Shown here in pieces: positions 22,381 through 32,619 of a DNA stretch of 64,000 nt. Below the pieces are notes generated by a model. That model worked only from the letters and a program-made list of their open reading frames with translations, had not been told where the DNA came from and did no database searches. The translations under genes and the position numbers were made by a program. Source of the DNA: an uncultured Chloroflexia bacterium (GTDB lineage: Bacteria > Chloroflexota > Limnocylindria > Limnocylindrales > CSP1-4). Every line of letters starts with the position of its first letter. Positions within the stretch are counted from its first letter, which is position 1. Location: positions 1,245,339 to 1,309,338 of the forward strand of contig CAVQKK010000003.1 of assembly GCA_963713095.1 (NCBI GenBank). Direction: 5' to 3'.

Positions 22381-24909
22381 TCACTCAGGAGGCGATCGGA
22401 AGGCGGCGGCAACGTGGGGACGGGAGAGGTAGAAGAAGATCAACGACCCGAGCAGGACCAGGACCAGCCCGAGCACGAACGGGCCGTTGAGCCCCTCGGA
22501 GCCGAGCGCCGCGATGGCCTGCAGGACGCCGATCGCGTAGTAGGCCATGGTCGCCATCCTTGCCCATCCGCGGCGGCGCCACAGGCCGACGCTCGCGATC
22601 GCTCCGGCAACGCCCAATCCGAGAAGGACGATGCCCACCGAGGTCAGGGTGGCCCGGCTATCGACGTCGATCCCCACCAGGCCGGCGGTTGGCGTCAGGG
22701 CCGGTGACCCGGCGATGAACAGCACGCCGACGACCAGCCACAGCGTGCTGGTGAGTGCTGTCAGGAGCGACACCGCTCCGATCCCGCGCGCCTGGGGGAT
22801 GGGGCCGGATTGCCTCAGCAACGCCTCCGTGGCGCCGGAGCCCGGACCGACGCCGAGCCGGTCAGCCCATGCGGCCAGGAGGCGATGGACCGCCGGCGCC
22901 CCGACGACGGGACAGCCATCGAACGGCAGGTCGACGGGAGCGAGGATGAACGGGCGGACCTGGGGACCGCCGAAGCCGCCGTGGCTCCCCACCAGATCCT
23001 CGAACGCCGCGACCTCCTCGAGATCGGGGTCGTAGGCACTGTTGATCAGGAGGTCGCCCACGTGCGCGAACCCGTCGAGGCGACGGAGATCGTCAGCGGT
23101 GCGCGGCCCGAACGGCTCGAGCGGGTCGCGGCGGTCGATCCGTCCGTCGGCCAGATGATGGACGCCGTCGCGGCCGATCGCGAGCGCTCCCAGGGCTGAC
23201 GAGCGGACCAGCACGAACCCGACGCCCGGGTGAGCGACCAGACCGTCGACCAGGCCCGGATACCGATCCGCGATCTCCTCGAGCGAGAGGCGATGCTGCT
23301 TGGCCAGGAAGTAGACGTTGGCGAGGTTCCCGCTGGCCGCGACGACCACCTCGGGCGTCTCGGGGCCCGATGCAGCGCGGGGCGTCTCGATCGCGACAGC
23401 GCCGCCTTCGCGCCGATGGCTGAGCGCCGACGCCGTGGCTCGCCCGGCGACCCCGGGGCGATTGCTGATCTCGGTAAGCAGCGCGTTGACCGGCCCCCAG
23501 CCCTCGGCCCTGGTGGTCAGCAACATCGAGGATGCCCCGCCCATCAGGCTGCGGATCAGCTGGTCGAGCGAGACCCCGTGTCGCTGGAGGAAGGTCGCAC
23601 CCTGGCTCTGGCCGTGATCCGAGAGAACCACGATCGAGTAGCCGCGAGGCGCGTTCGCGGCGGCTCGTTCGATCGACGCCAGCACGCGGTCCACGCCCGT
23701 CAGCGAGCGCAGCGACTCGAGTCGCTCGGGGCCGGCGTGGTGGGCGACCTCGTCGTAATCGACGAAGTCGACATACATGATCGGCACGCCGTGGCCCATT
23801 GCGTTCACCGCGAAGGTCACGTTGAGGTCGCGCAGCAGCACGTTGGTCAGGGCCCGCATCCCGGCGAACGCCGCCCCGCGATGGACCCGCGGCTCGATGC
23901 CCAGGACGCGCTGCCGGCGCGCCTCGCGCCATTCCTTGACCATCTCGCTCAGGGTCATGACGGCCGTGCGGACGAACGCCGCCGGGTCCACGAAGTAGAG
24001 CGAGAAGGCGTCGACGTCGGCCGCCCGCGACGGATCGAGGACCCGACTCATCGTGAACAGGGTCCGCCGCGCGTCGCCGGAGAACAGGTTGTTCGCGCTC
24101 ATCCCGTCCTGGGCGAGCAGCCCGCGCCCATCGGACAGGCGGCGTTCGATCTCGGCCGCGTCAGCCGGATGGTTGGCAACCATCAGCTTCGAGCGCTCCT
24201 TCTCGTACCAACGGAAGGCCGGGATGTCGTCGTTGCTGCCGTGGAGGATCCCCGCCTGGCTGGCCGCGGTCTGCGAGGGCGGCACGCACTCCCATTCGAT
24301 GAGACGGTAGGCGCCCGAGCGAACCCACCTGGCCATGTGCGGTGTCAGGCCCATCCGGATGGCGTTGCGCAGGATCGGCGCGGCGAGCCCGTCGATCTGG
24401 ATCACGACCAGCCCCCGCCCGCCGGGGATCCGTTCCCGGTCCAGCGACGAGAGACGCCGGGTGAGCTCGGCGTAGAAGGACTCATCCTGGTCGATCGAGA
24501 AGGCGATCGAGACCAGCGTGGTCATGACGGTGATCAGGATCGCCGCAGCGACGGCCGAGGCGAGCGAGCTCACGGCCAGGCCGGGCACAAGCGGCGCAGC
24601 CATGACCAGCATGATCGCGTTGATGAGCAGCGAGAGCAGGCCCATCGTCAGGACGGTGAGGGGCAGCGTCAGGAGCAGCAGGATCGGCCGGACGAGGGCA
24701 TTGAGCAGCCCCAGGACGAGGGCGGCGAGCAGGGCGCTGGCGAGGTCTCCAACCGCGATCCCCGGCACCAGCCAGCCCACCACGAGCAGGATGGCGGCCT
24801 GCACGAGCCATGACAGGAGCAGGCGCCCCCAGCCGAGGCTGGTCAGCCGCTCGCTGGCCAGGCCGGCCGATGTGGCCAGGGTGTCGCGGATCGGACGCAG
24901 GAGGCTCAT
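22381..24909 (-). CDS. membrane-anchored alkaline-phosphatase-family protein (N-terminal DUF360/holin-4-like 4TM domain, type I phosphodiesterase/nucleotide pyrophosphatase-like core, C-terminal TM bundle)
   Basis: N-terminal LLSWLVQAAILLVVGWLVPGI...VLGLLNALVRPILLLLTLP resembles Phage_holin_4_2/DUF360; central block VVIQIDGLAAP...ILHGSNDDIPAFRWYEK...VVLSDHGQSQG matches AP-superfamily metal-ligand positions. Confidence 0.65.
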   Translation of the reverse strand: MSLLRPIRDTLATSAGLASERLTSLGWGRLLLSWLVQAAILLVVGWLVPGIAVGDLASALLAALVLGLLNALVRPILLLLTLPLTVLTMGLLSLLINAIMLVMAAPLVPGLAVSSLASAVAAAILITVMTTLVSIAFSIDQDESFYAELTRRLSSLDRERIPGGRGLVVIQIDGLAAPILRNAIRMGLTPHMARWVRSGAYRLIEWECVPPSQTAASQAGILHGSNDDIPAFRWYEKERSKLMVANHPADAAEIERRLSDGRGLLAQDGMSANNLFSGDARRTLFTMSRVLDPSRAADVDAFSLYFVDPAAFVRTAVMTLSEMVKEWREARRQRVLGIEPRVHRGAAFAGMRALTNVLLRDLNVTFAVNAMGHGVPIMYVDFVDYDEVAHHAGPERLESLRSLTGVDRVLASIERAAANAPRGYSIVVLSDHGQSQGATFLQRHGVSLDQLIRSLMGGASSMLLTTRAEGWGPVNALLTEISNRPGVAGRATASALSHRREGGAVAIETPRAASGPETPEVVVAASGNLANVYFLAKQHRLSLEEIADRYPGLVDGLVAHPGVGFVLVRSSALGALAIGRDGVHHLADGRIDRRDPLEPFGPRTADDLRRLDGFAHVGDLLINSAYDPDLEEVAAFEDLVGSHGGFGGPQVRPFILAPVDLPFDGCPVVGAPAVHRLLAAWADRLGVGPGSGATEALLRQSGPIPQARGIGAVSLLTALTSTLWLVVGVLFIAGSPALTPTAGLVGIDVDSRATLTSVGIVLLGLGVAGAIASVGLWRRRGWARMATMAYYAIGVLQAIAALGSEGLNGPFVLGLVLVLLGSLIFFYLSRPHVAAAFRSPPE

Positions 24910-25017
24910 CGAACGCTCATCGACCGGTGCAGCCCGTGCACAGGAGCCGGTGCGAGGGATCGGACCGGCGCTCGCTGGGTCACCGGACCTGACTCTGCCT
25001 CGCGCCGCCGGCCACGT

Positions 25018-25674
25018 TCATGCTCCGCCGATATCGTGCTGGATCCCAGCCGCATCCAGGGCGGCGGAGATCGCCCCGGGCTCGATCGCACCGATCCGGC
25101 GCAGGACGGGGCGTGCGCCCGCGCAGTCGACCACCGTGGAGGCCACTCCACCGCGGATCGGTCCGCCGTCGACGACGAGCGCGACGGCGTCACCGAGCGC
25201 GGCCCCGACCGCTGCCGCGTCGCCCGCGTCCGGAGCGCCCGACAGGTTTGCCGACGTGGTCGGCAGCGGACCGAGCTCGGCGGCGAGCGCGCGAGGGCAT
25301 GGGTGGTCCGGAACGCGCACGCCGATGGTCGGGGTCCCGGCAGCGAGCACATCCGGCAGGCGCGCGCCGGGCCATACCGGCAGCACGAGGGTCAGCCCGC
25401 CCGGCCAGAACCGTTCAGCGAGCGCCTGAGCTGCGGGGCCCATGATCCCGAGCCCGGTCGCCTGCGCCACGTCGGCCAGCAGCACGGCCACCGCCTTCTC
25501 GGGTGGCCGTCCCTTGGCTGCGAACAGGCGCTCGATCGCATCGGGCAGGGCGAGGTCGGCGGCGATCCCGTAGACGGTGTCGGTGGGGATGGCAACGATC
25601 TCGCCGTCGCGCAGGAGCCGTGCTGCGACCGCGCGCGCCTCCGGGCCGTCGGGGAGGATCCGGGTCCTCGTCAC
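25018..25674 (-). CDS. tsaC: L-threonylcarbamoyladenylate synthase (TsaC/YrdC/Sua5 family, short form)
   Basis: IVAIPTDTVYGIAAD...LFAAKGRPPEKAVAVLL YrdC motifs. Confidence 0.8.
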   Translation of the reverse strand: MTRTRILPDGPEARAVAARLLRDGEIVAIPTDTVYGIAADLALPDAIERLFAAKGRPPEKAVAVLLADVAQATGLGIMGPAAQALAERFWPGGLTLVLPVWPGARLPDVLAAGTPTIGVRVPDHPCPRALAAELGPLPTTSANLSGAPDAGDAAAVGAALGDAVALVVDGGPIRGGVASTVVDCAGARPVLRRIGAIEPGAISAALDAAGIQHDIGGA

Positions 25675-26627
25675 GAGGCCCCGCTCGCCGCGGCGAGCGC
25701 CTCATCGGCCAGCCGCGCGGCGTTCCGGGCGGCCGTCGCGGGCGGTACCAGGATGAGCGCCTCGATCAGGATCGCGGCACCGTCGGCTTCGACCGGCGGC
25801 GCGACATACCGGGCGGCGGCGCGGACGGCCGCGGGCGCGGTGACCATCGATGCACCGTGGCCGGCGGCCTCGATCATCTCGAGATCGTTGAGCGCATCGC
25901 CGATCGCCATCACCTGACTCATCGGGATCCCGGCCTGGTGCGCCAGCCAGGCGACGGCACGTCCCTTGGAGACGCCAGGCGCCGTGAACTCGAGGAACCG
26001 GGGATGCGAGACGGTGACCCCGGCCCGGCCGGCGAATGCCTGACGCGCCTCGGCGACCAGCTCCATCGGGCGCGGCGGCTCACCCACCGCGATCACCTTC
26101 GACACCGGCCGGCGGATCGCGCGAGCCAGGTCGGCGACGATGATGGCGTCGGGGCCCAGGTAGCCCGAGTAGTCCTCGAGCTGCCGGTCGCCGCGCCAGG
26201 CGACGATCCGCTCCAGGGTGTTGACGTGCGGATCCAGGCCCTTCGCGAGGCACCAGGCGATGGCCTCGCGCGCTGTCGTCGCGGCCAGCGAGGTGTGATG
26301 CAGCAGCCGGCCCACCCGGGCCCGGAACAGCGTCTCGCGAGGGTCGATCACGTCGGGACGCGCGGACATCATCCGGACGACCGCCCCCTGGTGGCCGATG
26401 ATCGGCTCCGTCAGGCCAAGCCGGTGCGCGTAGACAGCCCCGGAGCTGGCCATCCGGCCGGTCGCCAGGGACACCCTGACACCCATGCCGACCGCGGCCC
26501 TGATCGCGACTGCAGTCCGGTCCGAGACCCGGAAGCTGTCGCCGACCAGGGTCCCGTCGATATCGAGGGCGAGCAGCCGGATCGGGAGCTCGGGCGCCGG
26601 TCGCGTCGCCGGGCGAAGGTCCTTCAT
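25671..26627 (-). CDS. Cof-type HAD-IIB hydrolase
   Basis: LLALDIDGTLV ... MAIGDALNDLEMIEAAGHGASM motifs. Confidence 0.75.
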   Translation of the reverse strand: MKDLRPATRPAPELPIRLLALDIDGTLVGDSFRVSDRTAVAIRAAVGMGVRVSLATGRMASSGAVYAHRLGLTEPIIGHQGAVVRMMSARPDVIDPRETLFRARVGRLLHHTSLAATTAREAIAWCLAKGLDPHVNTLERIVAWRGDRQLEDYSGYLGPDAIIVADLARAIRRPVSKVIAVGEPPRPMELVAEARQAFAGRAGVTVSHPRFLEFTAPGVSKGRAVAWLAHQAGIPMSQVMAIGDALNDLEMIEAAGHGASMVTAPAAVRAAARYVAPPVEADGAAILIEALILVPPATAARNAARLADEALAAASGAS

Positions 26628-26654
26628 CGGGAACCGCGCTTCATCGGACCCCCC

Positions 26655-27569
26655 TCATCGGGAGCCGCGCTCGATCCTAACCAGCCGCGGGCGTCCCGAC
26701 AGATCCGGCGATACCGCGCATCGCCAGCCCGGCAGCCGCGTCTCGACCTCGCGGCCGACGGCGTCCCCTTGCCCTGCGCCGATCTCGAGCAGCGCCACCC
26801 CCTCGGCGGCGAGCGATGTCGGCAGGTGATCGAGGAGGCGCCGGCTGAGGTCCAGGCCGTCAGGCCCGCCATCGAGGGCCTGGCGGGGCTCGAACGAGAG
26901 AGCCGGTGACAGCCCCTCGAGGTCCGCGCTGGGCACGTACGGGAGGTTCGCGCACACCATCGAGTACGGGGGGTCCACGTGATGGGGGAGAAGATCCGCG
27001 GCGACGAACACGATCCGGTCTGCGACCCCGTGCCCGACCGCGTTCTCGCGGGCCAGGTCAAGAGCGGCCGGTGAGGCATCGATCGCCACCACGAGCACCT
27101 GGTCGGCCATCCGGCGACGCCGGAGAGCGGCAACGATCGCGATCGCGATCGCGCCCGTGCCGGTGCCGACGTCCGCGACCCGAAGCGCGGGCGCCCCAGG
27201 CGGCCTGGGGTGGCTCGTCAGCCGGGCCACGACGTCCGTGATCGCCGCATCGACCAGCAGCTCGGTCTCGGGACGCGGGATCAGGGCTCGCGAATCGGTC
27301 GCGAACGCGAGACCGTGGAACTCGCGGAAGCCACGAATGTAGGCAACCGGCTCCCCTTGCTCGCGCCGGCTGATGGCGGTCTCGAACGCTTCCCGGTGGC
27401 TCTCCCCGACCGGGGCGTCGGGATGCGCCATGACGCCCGCCCGGTCCATCCCCAGGGTCTGGCCGAGCAGCAGCTCGGCGTCGAGGCGAGGTGACTCCGA
27501 GCCGGATGCGGCCAGCCGCTCCGCGGCCAGACGGAGCAGCTCGGACACGGTGAATGCAGCGCTGGTCAT
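26655..27569 (-). CDS. prmC: release factor glutamine N5-methyltransferase
   Basis: HemK N-terminal domain; RPETE; SAM-binding DVGTGTGAIAI; NLPY (NPPY-type) catalytic motif. Confidence 0.85.
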   Translation of the reverse strand: MTSAAFTVSELLRLAAERLAASGSESPRLDAELLLGQTLGMDRAGVMAHPDAPVGESHREAFETAISRREQGEPVAYIRGFREFHGLAFATDSRALIPRPETELLVDAAITDVVARLTSHPRPPGAPALRVADVGTGTGAIAIAIVAALRRRRMADQVLVVAIDASPAALDLARENAVGHGVADRIVFVAADLLPHHVDPPYSMVCANLPYVPSADLEGLSPALSFEPRQALDGGPDGLDLSRRLLDHLPTSLAAEGVALLEIGAGQGDAVGREVETRLPGWRCAVSPDLSGRPRLVRIERGSR

Positions 27570-27581
27570 CGATCCCGCGCC

Positions 27582-30032
27582 CTAGCTTCGGACGGTGACG
27601 GTGAGGTCGCGGCTCCTGGCCAGGACCTCCACCGACGTCCCGTCGTGATCGCGGAGCAGCTCGAGATCCGCGGACAGCCCGCCCACCCGCAGGTTCCGGA
27701 TCGTCAGTCGTCGGAGCCAGTCCGGGAGTGAGGGACGGCTCAGCTCCAGCTCCTGCCGGTCGGCGTGGGCATGGATGCCGAGCATCGTCTCGATGAGCAG
27801 GAAGATGGAGCCGGCAGCCCACGCCTGCGGCGAGCACGCGACGGGGTACGGAACAGGGGCCGGGGCCACGGCGCGGTCGTAGCCGCAGAACAGCTCCGGC
27901 AACCGGAGCTCGGGGAACTGGCGGGCGGCCTCGAACATGCTGCTCGCGAGGCGCGTGGCCGCGCCGTGTTGACCGTAGCGCCGGAACCCGGCCGCGATCA
28001 ACGACACGTCGTGCGGCCAGACGGTTCCCACGTGGTAGCTGATCGGGTTGTAGCCGGGCTGCCGCGCGGCGAAGGTCCGGATCCCCCAGCCGGTGAACAT
28101 GTCCGTCGCCATCAGTCGTTCGACGACGCGCTGCGCGCGCTCCGGCGCAACGATCCCCGACCACAGGCAATGGCCCTGGTTTGACCCGACCGCGTCGGCA
28201 GGCCGCCCGTCGCCACCCACGGCGATCGCGTAGCAACCCTGTGCCTCGGACCAGAACGCGGCCTCGAACCGCTGCCGCAGGGCCCCGGCCTGGGCGACCA
28301 GCCGGTCGGCCAGCTCCGTGTCTCCTCGAAGCCGGGCGAGGTCTGCCATCCGCCGGCGGGCGTCGAACACGTAGCCCTGGACCTCGGCCAGCGCGATGGG
28401 TGTGTCCGCCAGCCGGCCGTGGCGGTCCCGGATCCCATCCGAGGAGTCCTTCCAGCCCTGATTGACCAGTCCACCGGGCGTCCGCCGCTGGTAGTCGATC
28501 AGGCCGTCGCCATTCCGATCACCCCAGCGATCGATCCACTCGAGCGCGCGCAGGGCATTGGGCCACAGGCGCTCGACCAGCGAGCGGTCGCCCGTCCAGT
28601 CGTAGGTCGCGCCCAGCAGGATCAGCCACAGCGGCGTCGCGTCGACCGTGCCGTAGTAGGGCCGATGAGGGATTTCGCCCGTCCGCGCCATCTCGCCGGT
28701 GCGCAGCTCGTGGAGGATCTTGCCCGGCTCCGCGTCGCGGATCGGGTCGTCGTCGGTTGCCTGGAGCCTCGCCAGCACCTCGAGCGTGTCGATCGCGAGC
28801 TGCGGCTGAACGGCCAGGGTCTGGAGCGCGGCGATGATCGCATCCCGGCCGAACAGGGTCGCGAACCAGGGAACGCCGGCCGCGAGATAGCGCTCGCCGG
28901 GCCCGGGGCCGTCGTCGAGCAGCAGCCTGAGGTCGCTCGCCGCACGATCGATGACGAGGTTGGCCAGTGCATCGTCGGTCCGGATCCGGGTCAGACCGCG
29001 GCTCCATTCCTCGCAGGCGGCGGCTGCCTCGTCGGCCGTGACCGGCGGAACAGGCGGAAACAGCATGTCGACCGAGTCCGCGATCCCCCGCTCGTCGGCG
29101 GTGGGCGGCCGGGTCGCCGGGTCGGCGGCTCCGGCGGGCTCGGGCGAACCACCGGTCCCGGGCGATCGGCGCTCCGATGCCCAGACCACCCAGCGAAGCT
29201 CGCGCGTCGCGCCGGGAGCGATCCGCCATCGCCACGCCAGCCGAACCCACCCCCCGCCATCCGGCCCGGGCCGGTCCACCGCCCCGCTCTCGTCCGGCTC
29301 GAGGCTGAAGGCAACGTGCGTGCCCACTCGCCGGCCGTCGAGCCCGTCGTACCGGAACGTCACCCGTTCACCGCGGATCGCGACCGGCAGCTGACGACCC
29401 CGCCTCGGCCTCAGCCAGCCGCGAACCTCGAAGATGTCTGCGGCGTCAGCGGCGAGCTCGACCTCGATCGATAGGTCCTCGGCGACCTCGGCGTAGCTCG
29501 TGATCCGCAGACGCTCCTCGAATGCTCGGCCCGTGACCAGCCGGCGACGTTCGATACCGAGCCGATGCACCGGCCCCGTGTCCTCGAGGCCGGGGGCCTC
29601 GGGGCCCCGTTCGTCGGGTTCGTCGGGCCTTCGGTCGAGGGGCGGGTTGGTGAGCTGGATCGTCCCCTCGTAGCTGCCACCGCTCGACGCCTGCAGCAGC
29701 AACGGGCGCCGGCCGTTGATCCGCAGCGTGGCGCGTGACAGCCGGCGGGTGTCGCCCTCATACAGCCCCAGCCCGCGAGCGTCCGGCGCGACGTCCCCGA
29801 GCGGATCAGTCAGCAGATACAGGTTGCCGTGCTTGAGCACGCCTACGGATCCGAGGTCGGTCGCCTCGATGATCGGAGCGACGGCCGGCGTGATGAATCG
29901 GGTGCGGCCGGCTGCTTCGGGCGCGGATGACCGACCGGCCCCATCCGCCGCGGATGGATCCCCGATCCGGCGGGGCGCTGAAGGAGGCCCGGTCCTCTCA
30001 GGCGCGGGCGACTGCGCTCGGCGTCGCGCCAT
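27582..30032 (-). CDS. amylo-alpha-1,6-glucosidase family protein (glycogen-debranching-enzyme-like N-terminal domain plus GDE_C (alpha/alpha)6 barrel)
   Basis: GKILHELRTGEMA...GTVDATPLWLILLGATYDWTGD...LIDYQRRTPGGLVNQGWKDSSDGI...GYVFDA block; low-complexity Pro/Ala-rich segments; ORF start overlaps the prfA 3' end by 35 nt (start uncertain). Confidence 0.7.
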   Translation of the reverse strand: MARRRAQSPAPERTGPPSAPRRIGDPSAADGAGRSSAPEAAGRTRFITPAVAPIIEATDLGSVGVLKHGNLYLLTDPLGDVAPDARGLGLYEGDTRRLSRATLRINGRRPLLLQASSGGSYEGTIQLTNPPLDRRPDEPDERGPEAPGLEDTGPVHRLGIERRRLVTGRAFEERLRITSYAEVAEDLSIEVELAADAADIFEVRGWLRPRRGRQLPVAIRGERVTFRYDGLDGRRVGTHVAFSLEPDESGAVDRPGPDGGGWVRLAWRWRIAPGATRELRWVVWASERRSPGTGGSPEPAGAADPATRPPTADERGIADSVDMLFPPVPPVTADEAAAACEEWSRGLTRIRTDDALANLVIDRAASDLRLLLDDGPGPGERYLAAGVPWFATLFGRDAIIAALQTLAVQPQLAIDTLEVLARLQATDDDPIRDAEPGKILHELRTGEMARTGEIPHRPYYGTVDATPLWLILLGATYDWTGDRSLVERLWPNALRALEWIDRWGDRNGDGLIDYQRRTPGGLVNQGWKDSSDGIRDRHGRLADTPIALAEVQGYVFDARRRMADLARLRGDTELADRLVAQAGALRQRFEAAFWSEAQGCYAIAVGGDGRPADAVGSNQGHCLWSGIVAPERAQRVVERLMATDMFTGWGIRTFAARQPGYNPISYHVGTVWPHDVSLIAAGFRRYGQHGAATRLASSMFEAARQFPELRLPELFCGYDRAVAPAPVPYPVACSPQAWAAGSIFLLIETMLGIHAHADRQELELSRPSLPDWLRRLTIRNLRVGGLSADLELLRDHDGTSVEVLARSRDLTVTVRS

Positions 30033-31128
30033 CGTGGCTCTCCGTCATGTGGCGAAGCCGGTCGGCCTGGTCCGCCATCACCAGCGCATCGATCAGCGGG
30101 TCGAGCTGCCCGGCGAGCACGCCCGGGATGTTGTGAATCGTGGCCCCGATCCGATGGTCGGTCACCCGGTTGTCGGGGAAGTTGTAGGTCCGTATCTTCT
30201 CCGACCGGTCTCCGGCCTGGACCATGGTCCGGCGGGTCGCGCTCTGCTCCTCGCGTTGCTTCGCGAGCTGCATGTCGTACAACCGGCTGCGCAGGACGGC
30301 CAGCGCCTTGGCCTTGTTCTTGTGCTGGCTCTTCTCGTCCTGGATCTCGACCACGAGCCCCGTCGGCAGGTGGGTGATCCGGACGGCCGAATCGGTCGTG
30401 TTGACCGACTGGCCGCCCGGGCCGCTCGAGCGCTTGACCTCGATCCGGAGGTCCCTCTCCTCATCGATGTCGACCTCGACCTCATCGGCCTCAGGCATCA
30501 CGATCACGGTCGCGGTGCTGGTGTGGATCCGGCCGCTGGACTCGGTGGTGGGCACGCGCTGGACGCGGTGGACGCCGCCCTCGAACTTGAGCCGGCTGTA
30601 GGCGCCATCGCCGGTAACCTCGAGGATCGCCTCCTTGATGCCGCCGATGCCGGTCTCGTTGGCGCTCATCACATCGACGCCGAAGCGATGCTCCTGCGCG
30701 TAGCGCGTGTACATGCGCAGCAGCTCCGCCGCGAACAATGCCGCCTCCTCACCACCCGCCCCGGCCCGGATCTCGACGATGACGTTGCGGTCGTCGTTGG
30801 GGTCGCGCGGCAGCAGCTCGACGCGCAGGTCGTCGAGGAGCGCCTGCTCCCTGACCTCGAGGGCTGCGATCTCCTCGCGCGCGAGCGCCTTCATCTCGTC
30901 GTCCGGCTCCGCGTCGCGCATGTGGCGGGCGCCGTCGAGCTGGGACCGGATGTCCCGCAGCTCCCGGTAGGTCACCACGACCGGCTCCAGGCGCGCGAGC
31001 TCCCTGCCCAGCCGTTTGAGCTGGGCAGGATCGGCGAGCACATCCGGGGTCCCGAGCTGGGCCGAGACCTCGTCGTACTGCGTGGCAAGGTCGACGAGCT
31101 TGGCGTCGAGGCCGTGCTCGTCAGCCAT
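29998..31128 (-). CDS. prfA: peptide chain release factor 1
   Basis: PxT-type decoding region and GGQ motif (SGPGGQSVNTTDSAVRITHLPTG). Confidence 0.95.
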   Translation of the reverse strand: MADEHGLDAKLVDLATQYDEVSAQLGTPDVLADPAQLKRLGRELARLEPVVVTYRELRDIRSQLDGARHMRDAEPDDEMKALAREEIAALEVREQALLDDLRVELLPRDPNDDRNVIVEIRAGAGGEEAALFAAELLRMYTRYAQEHRFGVDVMSANETGIGGIKEAILEVTGDGAYSRLKFEGGVHRVQRVPTTESSGRIHTSTATVIVMPEADEVEVDIDEERDLRIEVKRSSGPGGQSVNTTDSAVRITHLPTGLVVEIQDEKSQHKNKAKALAVLRSRLYDMQLAKQREEQSATRRTMVQAGDRSEKIRTYNFPDNRVTDHRIGATIHNIPGVLAGQLDPLIDALVMADQADRLRHMTESHDGATPSAVARA

Positions 31129-31173
31129 GATCCGCCTCCGCCGTCCGCGTCGACATCCGCCTCAACGTCCGGC

Positions 31174-32196
31174 TCAACCGGGGAGCGGCGGATCGATCGA
31201 GACCGGGGCGATCGCCTCGCCCTCGACCGCCGGCTCGCTCAGGCCTGCCGCGCCACGCACCGTCGCCGCCGTCTCGCCCTGGAGCGGCATCGGGTCGCGA
31301 GCGAGGTCAAGCCCACCCCCGGGCACCGCCTCGCCGTCGGCCCGTAGCGCCTCCTCGATCGCGACCACCGCGACCTCGATCATGTCGTCGCTGGGTTGCT
31401 TGGTGGTAATCATCTGGACCAGGATCCCGGGCCACATGATCACCCGGATCACCGGGTTCGATCGGTGCCGTGCGCCCAGTCGCAGCAGCTCGTAGCCCAC
31501 CGACGCGATGACCGGGATGAGCAGGATCCGGCTGCCCACCATGATCACGGGCGACTGCCGGCCGACCAGGCTGAAGGCGAGGATCGAGAGCACGATCACG
31601 ACCACCAGGAACTCGGTGCCGCATCGTGGATGGGCGGTCGGGTACTTGCGGATCGCCTCGGGTCGCAGCGGATCACCGTGCTCGAGCGCGTGGATCGTCA
31701 TGTGCTCGGCACCGTGGTAGCGGAAGACGCGGGCGATGTCGGGAGTGCGGGCGATCAGCGCCAGGTAGCCGAGGAAGATCGCGATCCGGACCAGGCCCTC
31801 GATCGCGTGCTGAACGAGATCGTTCTCCACGTTGCCGGCCGCGAACGTGGCCACGACCAGGGGCAGGATGAAGAACAGCCCGATGCCCAGGATCGCCGTG
31901 ATGCCGAGCATGATCGCGACCGATCCCTTGCCGATCTCGACACCCTCGCCCTCGACCTGGAGGCCTGCCGAGCGGATCAGCCAGCGCGTTCCGACGACCA
32001 GCGTCTCGTACAGCACCATCAGGCCCCGGACGAACGGGGCGCGCGACAGGCGGTTGCCGTGGAAGCCGGAGTCGAGCCGCTCGGTGGCGAACACGATCCG
32101 GCCGTCCGGGTGCCGAAGTGCGACCGCGATGGCGTCTCGGCCACGCATCATGACGCCCTCGATGAGCGCCTGGCCGCCGTAGCTGAAGCGGGGCAT
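31174..32196 (-). CDS. DUF1385-domain protein
   Basis: N-terminus MPRFSYGGQALIEGVMMRG typical of DUF1385; TM segment and C-terminal extension; usually found next to prfA/prmC. Confidence 0.65.
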   Translation of the reverse strand: MPRFSYGGQALIEGVMMRGRDAIAVALRHPDGRIVFATERLDSGFHGNRLSRAPFVRGLMVLYETLVVGTRWLIRSAGLQVEGEGVEIGKGSVAIMLGITAILGIGLFFILPLVVATFAAGNVENDLVQHAIEGLVRIAIFLGYLALIARTPDIARVFRYHGAEHMTIHALEHGDPLRPEAIRKYPTAHPRCGTEFLVVVIVLSILAFSLVGRQSPVIMVGSRILLIPVIASVGYELLRLGARHRSNPVIRVIMWPGILVQMITTKQPSDDMIEVAVVAIEEALRADGEAVPGGGLDLARDPMPLQGETAATVRGAAGLSEPAVEGEAIAPVSIDPPLPG

Positions 32197-32619
32197 GTCC
32201 GCAGTCTACCGGGTGTCCCTGTGGGGTCAGCCAGCAGGGATGGCCAAGACGGACACCGGGTCAATGGCTCTCGCGCCGAGCCGGCGGGGCGCGTATGGCC
32301 GGCCGGGGCGCGCTTTGTCGAGGCGCGGATCGGTCGCCGAGGCGAGTCCGACCATCCGACCCGGAACACAACCGCCAGACAGAACCGGGCACATATCCCC
32401 GGTGCCATCCACGCGACTGGTCTGGCCGAGCTTGCGGGGTCGGGGCCCACCCAGACCTGACGCGTTCCAGCTGGGGGCAGGTCCGCGGCATCGACTTCCC
32501 ATGGATATGCCCCGTCTCCCGCATGGACGGCCGCATCGGGCGCCCAGAAGGCGCCGTCGGTCGAGTGGGAGTCGGTCGCCGGCGGGCGTGGACTCGCGTT
32601 GGGCCGCATACTCGCTCCC

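Noticed and set aside
17849-22707. several 400-560-aa plus-strand ORFs (17849-19516, 19793-21127, 21037-22707)
   Set aside because: Antisense to atpB/atpE, wecA and glyA; low-complexity reverse-frame artefacts.
23230-24813. 527-aa plus-strand ORF
   Set aside because: Antisense to the alkaline-phosphatase-family membrane protein gene.
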